A stretch of 64,000 nucleotides of DNA from assembly GCA_038231815.1 (NCBI GenBank), contig JBBRKQ010000007.1:1683-65682 (forward strand). Direction: 5' to 3'. The translations under genes and the position numbers were made by a program. A model generated the notes under the pieces. It made no database searches, was not told the origin of the DNA, and worked only from the letters and a program-made list of their open reading frames with translations. Shown piece after piece: positions 8,700-17,657 of this stretch. Source of the stretch: Phycisphaerales bacterium. Lineage in GTDB: Bacteria; Planctomycetota; Phycisphaerae; Phycisphaerales; UBA1924. How positions within the stretch are numbered: the stretch's first letter is position 1; every line of letters begins with the position of its first letter.

Positions 8700-10508
8700 C
8701 TACTTCAGGATCGTCTTGACACGCTCAAGTCTTACGGTGGGTGTCATTCGCTGACCAGTTGCATCCACCGCGGCGAGTAGTTTTACGGTCATGACTGGAT
8801 CAGCCGCATCCGCGGTGCTCCAGCCTACACGTGCCACCGTGACTGTACCGAGAGGCAACTGCTCTGCCGGTTTGAGTGACAGTGCGGCGAGACGGAGGGG
8901 CTTTGAACTTTCGAACTCAATCTTGGCAGCGCCGGATTTGAGGTGTGCGGAATTGGCATCACGCGCATCGAAGTTCTGTGTGATAAGCGATTGACCGTAA
9001 CCAAGGGCCAACCCGAGTGAAGTACCGTCGTACTTTAATGCTTCGGCGAAGGCAAGACTGTTGCCCGACCCGACGGAGACCACGCGGACCGCTTTCCCTC
9101 GGCCAATGATCTCAATTTGATAGCCCGCTAGGGGCGTTTGATCGGTGTCGATGATGACATCAAACTGAACTTGAGTCGATGACGGGTCATCTGCAACTGG
9201 GGCCACGGCGGGTACCTTCACCAATTGGCGAAGGATCGCATCAACATCGGTTTGATTGACGACGCCATCGGCATCGATATCCCTTCGCGCGGAGGCAATC
9301 CACGATGGGCCAATCGGCGCATCATTTGATGAACGCTTTGCGGCAGCCGCCTCGGCATTGACAATCCAAGCCAACCGAAACGCATCCACTACATCAAGGG
9401 CGGGCGCTTTGGCCGCTGCTTTTTCATCAGCCCCACCTGAGCCGGGTTTGGCCACAGCCTCATCCTGGCGATTGGCCGGAGGGACCGGAACGTTTTGGGC
9501 GCCGGGCGGCAAGGCTGCGCCCGTTGTGCCACCCGATCCACCGGCGGCGGGAGCATTTGCCGAAGTGCCACCGGTCGATGCGGGCCCGGCTAACCGGCCG
9601 GCTGGCGCGGCAGCAGTGGGCGCCTGTTGGGGCGACGCGGCATCACCTGCTTCGCTCCGAGAAAGCTGTTGGGTTGCAGGCTGGGTTTGTGTCGTTACTG
9701 GTGCCGGAGGTGTCTGAGGGCTGGCCCCGGAGGGTGCTTGAGAAGGCCCCTGAGAGGGCCCCTGAGAAGGCCCCTGAGAAGGCCCCTGAGAGGAGACAGC
9801 TTGGTCGACTGGGGCGGGCGGCGGTTCGGATGATGCTGAAAACCCTTTGGTGTTCGCCGCGGCATCGGACATTGCTGGGGTGCCGGCAGGAGCAGACCCA
9901 AGCCCCGGCACTGACGGCTGACCGAATCGCGGATTTTCAATATTGCCTGAGAGTTTGCTTGGCCCACCGGCGGTGTCGGCATCTGCCGCGGGCATCCCGT
10001 CTGCGGCACTTTCCTCTTGGCTCTGCTTGCGAGAAGCGCCACCGGGGGATGAACGCCCTCGCCCGAAGGTAGTCGCATCGGTTGGTGAGGCCTTGCCGAT
10101 GAGCACTGTCCGGTCTTTGGCTGCGCCAGACTCCGCTGTAACACCAGTGACCGCTAGCCCGCCAAGGCCACCGGTTGTAGACAGGAGTATCCACGCGCTC
10201 ACCACGAGCGCCAGGCTAGCAGCCAACCCCGCAGCGAGCGGGAGACGAACGCGGCGATGCTGCCGCGTGGTTGATGCTCGCGACGCTGAGGCTGCCTGGC
10301 CTGCGGCGGCCATGACCGAAGCTGCCGCGGAGAGTACCTGACGGTCATAGTCGGCGGGAACCAGGGGAGCTTTGCCGTAGATGTCCTGTAATTCGAGCTG
10401 CACATGGGCGGGCAAGGCTTCCAGCGCGATCGGTTGCTCCCCGGCATCGGAGGGCAATTTAGACCCTTTGGAGGTGCCGTTGTTCGGAATGGGCGACGGT
10501 TCAGCCAT
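8700..10508 (-). CDS. Single-pass membrane protein with a long Pro/Ala/Gly/Ser-rich stalk, a dockerin-like loop and a cohesin-like C-terminal beta domain
   Basis: 602-aa ORF. The TM segment is LPLAAGLAASLALVVSAWILL, near residue 100. It has a (GPSQ)n repeat. It has DIDADGVVNQTDVDAILRQLV. The C-terminal ~165 aa begin VQFDVIIDTDQTPLAGYQIEIIGRGKAVRVVSVGSGNSL. Confidence 0.75.
   Translation of the reverse strand: MAEPSPIPNNGTSKGSKLPSDAGEQPIALEALPAHVQLELQDIYGKAPLVPADYDRQVLSAAASVMAAAGQAASASRASTTRQHRRVRLPLAAGLAASLALVVSAWILLSTTGGLGGLAVTGVTAESGAAKDRTVLIGKASPTDATTFGRGRSSPGGASRKQSQEESAADGMPAADADTAGGPSKLSGNIENPRFGQPSVPGLGSAPAGTPAMSDAAANTKGFSASSEPPPAPVDQAVSSQGPSQGPSQGPSQGPSQAPSGASPQTPPAPVTTQTQPATQQLSRSEAGDAASPQQAPTAAAPAGRLAGPASTGGTSANAPAAGGSGGTTGAALPPGAQNVPVPPANRQDEAVAKPGSGGADEKAAAKAPALDVVDAFRLAWIVNAEAAAAKRSSNDAPIGPSWIASARRDIDADGVVNQTDVDAILRQLVKVPAVAPVADDPSSTQVQFDVIIDTDQTPLAGYQIEIIGRGKAVRVVSVGSGNSLAFAEALKYDGTSLGLALGYGQSLITQNFDARDANSAHLKSGAAKIEFESSKPLRLAALSLKPAEQLPLGTVTVARVGWSTADAADPVMTVKLLAAVDATGQRMTPTVRLERVKTILK
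9738..9793. repeat. In-frame 12-nt tandem repeat (about 4.5 units) encoding (GPSQ)n
   Basis: The plus strand reads gagaaggcccct / gagagggcccct / gagaaggcccct / gagaaggcccct. The minus-strand translation is SQGPSQGPSQGPSQGPSQAPS. Confidence 0.8.
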
Positions 10509-11142
10509 GAGCGATGCCGAATAAGCAGGACGGGCCAGGTGAGAAGGGCCTGACGATAGAGTGTACTGCCCCTGATCAAAGTTCAGCCAACTTTTTGGCT
10601 TTCAGCGATTGGGGGCTGGCGTTTCTTGGGCTGCTGCTCGGTGGTTTGGCGATTACTTGCCAGAACTGTCGGATTCAAACAACACTCGGCGATGGTTGGC
10701 TGCTTGGTTGGGCAGTCGCGGCGAATGCAAAGGAAACGGTCAATCTCTGTAAAAGGAGACTTCCGGCAGCGGACGCGGGGGGATAAGCAGTCCTTGACTT
10801 CGCTAAGCAGGGCATTCTCGGCGGGTATCCAGCGGCAGGATTTATGCAAGCGAGGGTTGGTGCTGCTCGTTCCTGCGAACACCAAAAATCGGATTGCGCT
10901 GCGCTGTCTCAAGAGTTTGAACGGAACAAAGAACCAGCGCACCTCATTCGGGGGGATCCTAAACAATCCAGTTCTTTCGAGGGGTTTTTACTGGTTCATT
11001 CACCGTGTTTTTTGGTATTTCAGGACGCTCAATGCAACGCACTGCGAGACCGAGGCATACGACTGAATGCCACGCAAACTTGCCCAGTTGCGTGCCCCCA
11101 TCGTGCTTGGGCCGCTGATACCGCCAAAAGGAGTTAGAGATC

Positions 11143-12897
11143 ATGAAACGTATATTCGCACTTCTAGCAGTTGCTGGCATTGCCATGGCAGCCCAGGCCC
11201 AAACGGGTCGGCTGTTTGTGGGTGAGTACGGCTACGACGCAGCCAACTTGCCGACATGCTTTGAGACTGACCTGTCGCCAGGCTTCCCCGGGACGGTGTC
11301 GTGGGCGGCAACGTTTCCGTTTGCGGTGCAAGGCGCCGCATGCACACCGGGAAATGTGATTTACCTGAGCACGGGGACGTTTACCACGGATTTGTACACG
11401 ACGTTTCCGGGGCGGACCCCGACGCGTGTGGCACAGACTTCCGAAACGATCTTTGACATGGGGTACGTGGGCGGGAAGCTGTACGGATGGGCTGAGTACG
11501 CCACACCGTCGGGCATTTACGAGATCAACACCACGACCGGGCAGTGCACGCTTGCGGTAGCATCCACCAGTGAGTTGTTCTTTGCGCTCGATGGCAACCC
11601 GGCCAACGGTCTTCTGTACGGCTACAGCGAGTACGGCAATTCGGGCCTGTACTCGATCAACCCGGTGACCGGGGCCAAGCACAAGATTGCCAACGGGCCC
11701 TATGGCCAGTTCCCCAACGCCTACGGCATGTATCGCGGGCTGGCGGTTGGCAACAACACCGTGTACCTAACTAACGTGTGGAACGGTCGCGCACTTGATG
11801 ACCCGGACCACATTCCTTCGGACTCGTTTTATGCGTACAACTTGGGCCAGGGGGACAACGGCACCTACGTGCAATTTGAGAATCCGTATGCCAATTCAAC
11901 GCCCGTCGGTGGCGGATCGTTCTGGTACGACCCATCGGTGATTCCGGTCTTGCCAACGCCAGCCAACGACCTGTGCGCGAACGCCACGCCGATTGGTGAG
12001 GGTACTTTCGCGTTTGACACCACGTGGGCCAACACCGAAGGCAGCGCGAGCTGCGGTGCTGGCGGTGTTGGCGACGTCTTTTTCCGCTACACCCCAACGT
12101 TCACGCACTATGCGCAGTTCTCGACCGGGGCCGCCGGTTCACTCGACACGGTACTGACACTCTACACGGGCTGCGATGGCACCGAGATTGCCTGCAACGA
12201 TGACGGCGCGAGTAATGCCCCGCTCAGTGAGATCGGCTACACGGTGACAGCGGGTGTGCCCATCCTCATCCGCATTGCGGGCTATGACGAGGCGGCCCGC
12301 GGTCCCGGCACGCTGAACATTGGCCTGTGCCCCCCGGCGACTATTAGCCGCCAGCCGGACAACGCGACGATTAACAGTTGCACTGCCACGCTGCCGTCGG
12401 ACTTCAGTCAGGGGCCGTTCTTTGTTCGCTTCTTTGCCGACCTGGCCGGTGGCGACACAGTGAACTATCAGTGGGAGAAAGACGGCGTGCCGATGAGCGA
12501 CAACAACGATGGCAACATCGAGCATTACGGAATCTACAACACGCGCGGCTTTGCGCTGCTGATTGTTCGGCCCACCGTAGCGGATGCGGGCACGTACCGC
12601 TGCGTGATGAGCACCACGGCGTGCGATGAGCAGTTTAACTTCACCAGCAACAGCGCCACGATGACGTTCGTGCCGAAGTGCTCCATCGCTGATGTCGCAC
12701 CCGTGGCCAACTGCGGTGACGGCATCGTCGATGGCTCAGACTTTATCGCGTTCATCAACAGCTTTGGCGTGGGTGATGTGGCGATTGATCGGCTGGCCGA
12801 TATCGCTGGTGGCGGGACCGATGGGCTCTCTCCCGATGGCATCATCGATGGCAATGACTTTGTCGCGTTCATCAACGCGTTCTCAGCAGGGTGTTAA
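11143..12897 (+). CDS. Secreted protein with repeat/propeller-like, PPC-like and Ig-like modules and a C-terminal GC-ending dockerin-like module
   Basis: RBS aaaaGGAGttagagatcATG. The signal peptide is MKRIFALLAVAGIAMAAQAQ. A PPC-like module is present (NDLCANATPIGEGTFAFDT..DTVLTLYTGCDGTEIACNDD). An Ig-like module is present (VNYQWEKDGVPM..DAGTYRCVMS). The C-terminus is CSIADVAPVANCGDGIVDGSDFIAFINSFGVGDVAIDRLADIAGGGTDGLSPDGIIDGNDFVAFINAFSAGC-stop. Confidence 0.9.
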   Translation: MKRIFALLAVAGIAMAAQAQTGRLFVGEYGYDAANLPTCFETDLSPGFPGTVSWAATFPFAVQGAACTPGNVIYLSTGTFTTDLYTTFPGRTPTRVAQTSETIFDMGYVGGKLYGWAEYATPSGIYEINTTTGQCTLAVASTSELFFALDGNPANGLLYGYSEYGNSGLYSINPVTGAKHKIANGPYGQFPNAYGMYRGLAVGNNTVYLTNVWNGRALDDPDHIPSDSFYAYNLGQGDNGTYVQFENPYANSTPVGGGSFWYDPSVIPVLPTPANDLCANATPIGEGTFAFDTTWANTEGSASCGAGGVGDVFFRYTPTFTHYAQFSTGAAGSLDTVLTLYTGCDGTEIACNDDGASNAPLSEIGYTVTAGVPILIRIAGYDEAARGPGTLNIGLCPPATISRQPDNATINSCTATLPSDFSQGPFFVRFFADLAGGDTVNYQWEKDGVPMSDNNDGNIEHYGIYNTRGFALLIVRPTVADAGTYRCVMSTTACDEQFNFTSNSATMTFVPKCSIADVAPVANCGDGIVDGSDFIAFINSFGVGDVAIDRLADIAGGGTDGLSPDGIIDGNDFVAFINAFSAGC

Positions 12898-12957
12898 GAG
12901 AGTTTTACATGGCCAGATGACCGACACGGCCGAACGGCCGCATCAGGACAGCAGATC

Positions 12958-12994
12958 AAGGGCGGCAGCATCAATCGCTGCCGCCCTTTTGTGT
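12958..12994 (+). terminator. Rho-independent terminator
   Basis: Stem aagggcggcagc (12958-12969) / gctgccgccctt (12977-12988), followed by ttttgtgt. Confidence 0.7.
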
Positions 12995-13086
12995 GGGCGG
13001 AGATGGATGCGAAGCCTGAAACTGTCTGGCTGAGAATGGTTATCTGCCGCGTTCCCCGGGGATATGGGTCACCTAAACTTGGACCC

Positions 13087-14973
13087 ATGGCCCACACTGT
13101 GTATTTAGAGACCTTTGGCTGTCAGATGAACGAACTCGACAGCGAGCTGGTGACCAGCGCGATGCGGGGCATGGGCTATCGGTTTGTCTCCGATCCGGCG
13201 AAGGCGGAGGTGGTGCTGTACAACACCTGCTCGGTGCGTGAACATGCAGAGCAGAAGGTGTGGTCTCGTTTGGGCGAGCTGGCCATACGCAAAGCCCGCG
13301 AGCCAAGATTGGTGGTTGGCGTGATGGGATGCATGGCCGAGCGCGAGGGCGAAAAACTGCTGAAGCGCATGCCGGTGGTGGATGTACTGGTTGGGCCGGG
13401 TGAGCTTGATAAGTTACCGGGGCTGGTGGACAACGCTATCCGCACGCGGTTGTCGTTGCTAGACGAAAAAGAGACGCAGGAGTTGCTGGCCACGCCAGAA
13501 AACGAGCGGCCGGATGTCTCACTGCTGCTCTCCGCCGGGCAGGTGGCGCTGGCGGGCCAGACGAGCAGAAGATCAGCGACTTTGGCGGCGGCTCAGGACA
13601 CGCTTGAGCTGCTGGACCTGTCACGGGCGATTTCGCCTGATGACCTGGCTGCCAAGGGCGGGGCCGGTCGGGCCGCATATGTGCGCATAACGCGTGGTTG
13701 CAACAAGTTTTGCACGTACTGCGTGGTGCCGTTTACGCGCGGGGCGGAAGTGCATCGGCCGCCGCAGGCGATTGTTGATGAATGCAAAAAACTTGCCGAT
13801 GCGGGCGTGATCGAGGTGACCCTGCTTGGGCAGACGGTGAACCACTACCGCTTCGAGCACGGAGCAGCGGTGAGTGTTGGCGGCGTGATCCAGCCACAGA
13901 AGGGGCGGGCGTATGGCATCACCGGCGATGTCTCGGGCGACCCGCACCGGGGTGAGCGAGTGACGACGTTTGCGGACCTGCTGCACCTGATTCACGAGCA
14001 GGTGCCAGCCATTCAGCGACTGCGATTTGTTACTAGCTTTCCGAGATCCTTCGGTAATGATATTTTGCAGGTGATGCGCGACTCGCCCCGCATGTGCAGG
14101 TACCTGCACGTTCCGGCCCAAACCGGCAGCGACCGGCTGCTGAAGCTGATGAACCGGCAGTACAACGTCGGTGAGTATCTTGAGTTCCTGGATCGGGCTC
14201 GCAGCTTCCTGCACCAGCCTGAGATCGGCCGTCCTCTAACGCTGGCGGGGGACATTATCGTGGGCTTTGCGACTGAGACGGAAGAGGACTTTGAGGCGAC
14301 CAAGGTGCTGATGCGCAAGGCGGCGTACAAGAACTGTTATATCTTTAAGTACTCGCCACGGCCGGGGACGATTGCGATTGATAAATTTGAGGATGATGTT
14401 CCTGACATGGTCAAGCGCCGCCGTAACGCGGAACTGCTGGACCTGCAGGATGTGATCGGAAAAGAAGTGATGGCGGAGTTTGCGGGGCTGACGACCGATG
14501 TGTTTGTGACGGGCGTATCGAAGCGGCAAGGGCGATTGACCAAAGCGCGAATTGCGGGGGAGCAAGGGTTGGAGAAGGGACATGTGCATTCACACGTTCA
14601 CACGCACGGCGTCGCTGCGAGCACTGCGGAAAAGCCCGCGGGCGTGTCGCTGACGATTGGCGGCAAGAAAGTGGGAGCGGCGGAGGGCAATGAGAATGAT
14701 GACCGAGGCTGCGCAATCGATGCCACAAGCACGATTGTGGGCGTGGAACGTGAAGATGAACGCGATGCGGTTGCGAGCGGGACAGACGCAACGGGTGCAT
14801 CCCCCACTGCCGCCGGGCCGATCCAGATGAGTTCGCGGACGGATGGCGACGTGATCGCATTCTTTGACCTGCCACAGGGCATGTCACCGGATGATCTGAT
14901 CGGGACGATTGTCAAGTTCAAGGTAGAGCGGTGCGAGCCGCTGGCGCTGCATGGGCGGGTGTTGGTGCCGTAA
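13087..14973 (+). CDS. miaB: tRNA-2-methylthio-N6-dimethylallyladenosine synthase (MiaB-type radical-SAM methylthiotransferase) with large insertions
   Basis: MAHTVYLETFGCQMNELDSE..VVLYNTCSVREHAEQKV is the N-terminal MTTase domain. RGCNKFCTYCVVPFTRG is the CxxxCxxC radical-SAM site. A TRAM-like end is present (GTIVKFKVERCEPLALHGRVL). The ATG is at 13087. Confidence 0.9.
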   Translation: MAHTVYLETFGCQMNELDSELVTSAMRGMGYRFVSDPAKAEVVLYNTCSVREHAEQKVWSRLGELAIRKAREPRLVVGVMGCMAEREGEKLLKRMPVVDVLVGPGELDKLPGLVDNAIRTRLSLLDEKETQELLATPENERPDVSLLLSAGQVALAGQTSRRSATLAAAQDTLELLDLSRAISPDDLAAKGGAGRAAYVRITRGCNKFCTYCVVPFTRGAEVHRPPQAIVDECKKLADAGVIEVTLLGQTVNHYRFEHGAAVSVGGVIQPQKGRAYGITGDVSGDPHRGERVTTFADLLHLIHEQVPAIQRLRFVTSFPRSFGNDILQVMRDSPRMCRYLHVPAQTGSDRLLKLMNRQYNVGEYLEFLDRARSFLHQPEIGRPLTLAGDIIVGFATETEEDFEATKVLMRKAAYKNCYIFKYSPRPGTIAIDKFEDDVPDMVKRRRNAELLDLQDVIGKEVMAEFAGLTTDVFVTGVSKRQGRLTKARIAGEQGLEKGHVHSHVHTHGVAASTAEKPAGVSLTIGGKKVGAAEGNENDDRGCAIDATSTIVGVEREDERDAVASGTDATGASPTAAGPIQMSSRTDGDVIAFFDLPQGMSPDDLIGTIVKFKVERCEPLALHGRVLVP

Positions 14974-15105
14974 CAGTGCTCATTCCTGAGACTGCCAAGC
15001 AGAAACTCGGGAAGTAGCGAGAGCCGTCCCTCCAAAGCGTGCCCGCGGAGTCCGACTCAGGTTTATCGCTGGTTTGAACTTCCGGATCGCGAGCCCGCGC
15101 ACCGG

Positions 15106-15672
15106 CTACTTCATCGCCATCACATTGAGGCTGATCGGAACATCGTCAAACTTCAGCACCGTCGTGTCCTTAAAAAGCCCGAAGTCTGCGATCCGCCGGA
15201 TGTGCCTGAACCCTGCGGTGCTCAGCAGATCGGCGAAGATTTCTAGAGAGAAACCGACGTAGTGATAGTCGTAATCATCGACCTGCCCGCCGTAGATCAT
15301 TCGCATGATGTGGTACTTATCTTCCATGTCCTTTCGCGGATCAAGGAACAGTTTGCAGAGTGCTTCAAGGTCCGGCACGCCCGCGCGGAATAATCCGCCC
15401 GGCACCAACACACGGTGCGCTTCCTTCAGGGCTTGCGGCAGCTCGTTGTTGTAGCCCAGGTGCTCATACACATGCGAGGCGTAAATCTCGGTGACCGTGT
15501 TGTCGGCGAATTGCGAAAGGTCGTGACAGTGACCGACAAAGTCAACGCCGGGCAGGGACTGCGCGTTGAGAATCTTCCAGCCTGCTTTCACCTCCTCGCC
15601 TCCGATGTGAAGGCGCAGAGGTTCTTTCTTGTGATCGGCCCGTACGCCGGTTGCGGCTATAGAATCGCCCAT
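15106..15672 (-). CDS. Methyltransferase type-11 domain protein (SAM-dependent)
   Basis: HIGGEEVKAGWKILN...VTEIYASHVYEHLGYNNELPQALKEAHRVLVPGGLFRAGVPD. I chose the internal Met (MGDSIAATG) as the start; the ORF-track start is 15768. Confidence 0.75.
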   Translation of the reverse strand: MGDSIAATGVRADHKKEPLRLHIGGEEVKAGWKILNAQSLPGVDFVGHCHDLSQFADNTVTEIYASHVYEHLGYNNELPQALKEAHRVLVPGGLFRAGVPDLEALCKLFLDPRKDMEDKYHIMRMIYGGQVDDYDYHYVGFSLEIFADLLSTAGFRHIRRIADFGLFKDTTVLKFDDVPISLNVMAMK

Positions 15673-16013
15673 ACGCGAGAGTAGGCGCTGGCGCGGATTC
15701 CAAGTCGCCTCGCGAGCCGTGGAGTGCTGCTGCGAGGCCCGTTTGTTCCAACCCATTGATGCGGCCAATTCAGGTGGAGTGTTTCCGATTCAGGATATTG
15801 GCAGAGGCAAAGGGAACGACCACAGAATGCTGCTCCGCGCCCAGCACCGGCGAGTGGCACGCGATTGCCAGCGCTGGCCTGATCAGTTTGGCTGGCAACG
15901 CTCGGCGATTTTTTGATCCACAAACGGCAGGGCGGAGATAGCCTCTGGAACGCTCGTGCCCGCGCAAGGCCTGCTACTAGCATGTTCGCGAGTCAGTACG
16001 GCTGCTGACTCGC

Positions 16014-17165
16014 CTACTTCGCCCACCAGGCGTTCATCAATTTGTCGGTCGCGCCGAAGTAGAGTTCCTCAAGCAGCTCCCGCGGCAGCGAAAGGCCCTG
16101 CAGCCTTGGTGTCGACATGTCGTTGTACTTGCTGGGTTCCACCATCTTCAAATCCGGATCGGCAATTGGCGACGGTCCATCGTAGCTTGTTTCGAACATC
16201 AGTCGCAGGGCGTAGTAGCGAGAGCAGTACAGCTCGAACGCCTGTTCGGGCGAGCTGGCCAGTTCTGCCATCGGCGAGACGCCGGTTTTGGCAGGGGAGA
16301 GCTGGTCTTCCATTACAACAAGATCGGAACCGAACAGGATGCGGCCCTTCCATTTGAAGAGAAAGTGTACGACCTCATCGCGCGGGTGCTTGCTGAGTTC
16401 ACGGACGATCCACTTGGTTGCGGAAGTGTCGATGTAGAAATTAGGGTGGCGCTCGAGCATGCCATCGAGGAAGCTCAGATCCTCCGGCCAGCCACCCATG
16501 TGGGCACCGACCCAGGGCGCGGGGAACAGATCCAGCATGCGCTCAAGGCCCACGTACTGATGTCGCTTGGTACCGAAAATCGAACCGTCGTTATAGCGGG
16601 TAGCGAACCAGGTGTCAGGGTCGGCCACATGCACCATGTACATCATGCCAAGCTGCTGGCCGAGGCGGCAGTGCTCGCGGCGCCAGGGAGAGTCGATGTC
16701 GGCCAGATCGGTCGCACCATCAGGCACGATCTCACGCAGGCGGGGGGAGGCCCAGACTTTCATCATCCGGCAGCCAACCTGCTCGGCAAAGCCCTCGATT
16801 GTGCGCAAATAAGCATGGCGATGGGCGGCGTTTTTATCCTCGGCCCCGAAGGTGGGCATGGCAATAAAGCGGATAGTGTCTTTGCCCAGAATGTCCTGCA
16901 CCGTTTTGGCCTGGGCAAGTTGGGTCATGGAGTACGTCATGTTCACGCCAAAGAGGCGGCGGGCTTTGTCGTAAAGACGTGCGGCGGCCTCGCCGTGAAT
17001 GTGGGTGTGGCAATCGATGATTCCGGTGGCCCCAGTCGGCAATGCCGGCTGGCCCAAACGGGGGGCCTCGGCCTCATAATCAAGGCCCAGCGCGTTGGCG
17101 GCCCTGACGGGAGTGGAGACAGAGACCGGGGCGAACGACGAAATGGATGTTGCAACAGATGTCAT
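16014..17165 (-). CDS. Amidohydrolase-family metallohydrolase
   Basis: IIDCHTHIHGE is the HxH metal motif. MMYMVHVADP and GSDLVVMEDQ are also present. I chose the internal Met (MTSVATSISS) as the start. Confidence 0.8.
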   Translation of the reverse strand: MTSVATSISSFAPVSVSTPVRAANALGLDYEAEAPRLGQPALPTGATGIIDCHTHIHGEAAARLYDKARRLFGVNMTYSMTQLAQAKTVQDILGKDTIRFIAMPTFGAEDKNAAHRHAYLRTIEGFAEQVGCRMMKVWASPRLREIVPDGATDLADIDSPWRREHCRLGQQLGMMYMVHVADPDTWFATRYNDGSIFGTKRHQYVGLERMLDLFPAPWVGAHMGGWPEDLSFLDGMLERHPNFYIDTSATKWIVRELSKHPRDEVVHFLFKWKGRILFGSDLVVMEDQLSPAKTGVSPMAELASSPEQAFELYCSRYYALRLMFETSYDGPSPIADPDLKMVEPSKYNDMSTPRLQGLSLPRELLEELYFGATDKLMNAWWAK

Positions 17166-17582
17166 CGATGGACACTGTACAGGGCGAAGACGAAGGAAGA
17201 TCAGCAAGAAAAGACGAAAGGACCACCGAACCGGCTGTTTGGCCGAAGGGCGACAGCCGGTCCCGCGTATCGCGGCCGGCTCAATTTGTATTGCGACGAT
17301 CCACGGCAGCGTTGTCTGCCAACGTTCGACTCAGTTAGGTGGTGGGGCAACTGCCCAGACTCGCGAGTACCCGCGGATGCTCCGGCAGGGTGGAGAGGGC
17401 ACCGATCAAATCCATAAAACGGCATGCCACTGCGTCTATGTGGGACTGCGGAGGGAGCTAACAGCACTTCATTCAGAAGCGCAAGTGCAGTAATTTGATG
17501 CACTTAGGACCTTTGGTTCGGTTTTCCACCGCGAACCCACCAGATTCGTGCACGATTGGATGCGACAACGAATTCACGAAAG

Positions 17583-17657
17583 AAAAAGAGTGAACCGTGT
17601 GGCATTGTGTCGAAAAGTGTTGTATTATCCCATACCCGCCCATTGGAGTTGATCAAC
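17583..17657 (+). promoter_or_regulatory. Candidate mraZ promoter/operator and RBS
   Basis: Three GTGT boxes lie at exactly 10-bp spacing (17597, 17607, 17617); the third sits within gAAAGTGTtg. They directly abut TATTAT (17623-17628). GGAG (17645-17648) lies 9 nt before the GTG start. Confidence 0.35.

Noticed and set aside
8323-8700. A possible rnpA or other gene downstream of rpmH (125-aa minus-strand ORF; no plus-strand ORF of 60 aa or more)
   Set aside because: There is no RNase P protein-like sequence on the plus strand. The minus-strand ORF is Arg/Pro-rich with no motif and spans a plus-strand terminator hairpin. I treat the region as non-coding.
9738-9793. The 12-nt tandem repeats here and at 38296-38343, considered as a CRISPR or mobile-element signature
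   Set aside because: The units are contiguous with no spacers, only 12 nt long, in frame, and inside CDSs. They are coding microsatellites, not CRISPR.
16365-17417. A 350-aa plus-strand ORF
   Set aside because: It is entirely antisense to the amidohydrolase gene, which has a clear HxH motif. It is a typical long spurious ORF of a high-GC genome.
17207-17582. Intergenic regions scanned for tRNA, tmRNA, SRP RNA or RNase P RNA signatures. The regions were 5309-5882, 6810-7137, 7852-8173, 10509-11142, 17207-17582, 45920-46510 and 61765-62067.
   Set aside because: By eye I found no T-arm GTTCGAATC-like motif with a matching acceptor stem, no GAGGAAAGTCC RNase P box and no SRP GGAA tetraloop context. 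Only simple hairpins are present. A covariance-model scan (tRNAscan-SE or Infernal) would be needed to be certain.
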